Shown piece by piece: positions 62,752 to 64,000 of a stretch of 64,000 nucleotides of DNA. The stretch is from Octopus sinensis (Eukaryota): positions 37,820,001 through 37,884,000 of the forward strand of contig NC_043004.1 of NCBI RefSeq assembly GCF_006345805.1, given 5' to 3'. The stretch's first letter is position 1; each line of letters opens with the position of its first letter. The notes under the pieces are model-generated. The model saw only the letters and a program-made list of their open reading frames with translations, searched no databases and was not told where the DNA came from. The position numbers and the translations under genes are program-made.

Positions 62752-63629
62752 GCTTTGATTTTCATTCTTTTTTAATTGATGTCACGCTGAAGATCACACA
62801 AATATTGTGCATGCAAACTTAAAAATTGTCAGTGTACTCCATGTGGCAAGCTAATTCATAACAGATACAGAAAACTATTGCTTACATTGTTTTATCAATC
62901 ATTTTTGCACATAAAATATTATGAGTGATGCATTTTTCAAGATGCACAAGTATTAGTGTGGGTTGTCTAAAGCCTTAAATTGTCATTTCAAAAGCCTGCA
63001 CCTCACTGCTGGTGCCATCTAAAAAGAAACTCCATCCACTCAGAGAAGTGGTTGGTGTTAGGAATAGCATTCAACTTTAAAAAAAAAACCTGCCAAAACA
63101 GACACAGTAGCCTGGTGCAGTCTTCTGCCTAGCCTCCTCCTGTCAAACTGTCCGACCCATGACAGCATGGCAAGCGGACGTTAAATGATGAAGATGACTG
63201 AGAAGTCCATTGTGGGGAGCCATTTGAGGACTGCTGCCATAAGCAGACATTTTAGCTAGATTCCCATATGCTTTCTCTTATAGGCACAAGGCCTGAAATT
63301 TTCTGAGGAGGGATGAGTCAATTACATTGACGCCAGTGATCAACTATTTTATTGACCTAAAAGGATCGAAGGCAAAGTGGACTTCAGCAGCATTTGAACT
63401 CCGAACATAAGGATGTTTCTTTGCTCGGATAAGTTGTATGATTTATTGTTCAGTACAGAAAAATACTGTATTGCACATCTGTGTAAGTTCTAAGGTTGAA
63501 AGAGAAAATGTAAAAATAGTGACTATAGCCAACACAGAAGTCTTGTTAGATGTGGCAGCGAAATTGTCTTCAGCTTACACTCTTTATTCACCATATAAAT
63601 TTAGTCTCTTTCTCTCTCTCTTTGTGTGT

Positions 63630-64000
63630 GTAAAAGTGGCTGTGTGGTAAGTAGCTTGCTTACGAGCCACATGGTTCCGGGTTCAGTCCCACTATGTGGC
63701 ACCTTGGGCAAGTGCCTTCTACTATAGAATTGGGCCAACCAAAGCCCTTGTGAGTGGATTTGGTAGACGGAAACTGAAAGAAGCACGTCGTATATATGTA
63801 TATATATGTATATATATGTATGTGTGTGTTTGTGTGTCTGTGTTTGCCCCCCAACATCGCCTGCCAACATCGCCTGACAACCGATGCTGGTGAGTTTACG
63901 TCCCCGTTACTTAGCGGTTCGGCAAAAGAGACCGATAGAATAAGTACTAGGTTTACAAAGAATAAGTCCTGGGGTTGATTTGCTCGACTAAAGGCGGTGC
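63630..64000 (+). mobile_element. SINE family A, running off the window end
   Basis: Same head and core. Confidence 0.85.

Noticed and set aside
63438-63650. ORF considered as MRPS6 exon 3
   Set aside because: No similarity to the expected YFL...F...L.RD.DV.R segment; exon 3 probably lies beyond the window.

Overview
AT-rich, intron-rich animal genomic DNA. The repeat families look like those of a coleoid cephalopod, most likely Octopus (inference). Reading splice sites by hand on both strands gives four protein-coding loci that the ORF track mostly misses: (1) the last three exons of a carbonyl reductase (CBR1-like SDR) on + (1975-4108); (2) a complete 8-exon, 274-aa CBR1-like paralogue on - (30966-12804), convergent with the first; (3) a complete 8-exon, 209-aa ATP synthase OSCP gene (ATP5PO) on - (53636-37338); (4) exons 1-2 of mitochondrial ribosomal protein S6 (MRPS6) on + (55594-60873), head-to-head with ATP5PO, with start codons about 1.96 kb apart. 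As I recall, these three gene families are also linked on human chr21q22, with ATP5PO and MRPS6 as divergent neighbours. The rest is mobile DNA: three SINE families, truncated RTE, CR1-like, CRE-like and Penelope-like retroelements, a mariner fossil, piggyBac-type and 8-bp-TSD MITEs, and Helitrons, one of them a 2.2-kb chimeric unit that splits a SINE cleanly. There are also several fold-back inversions and two copies of a non-canonical minimal hammerhead-like motif. No rRNA, true tRNA or CRISPR array is supported. Exon coordinates were counted base by base; most repeat boundaries are approximate.
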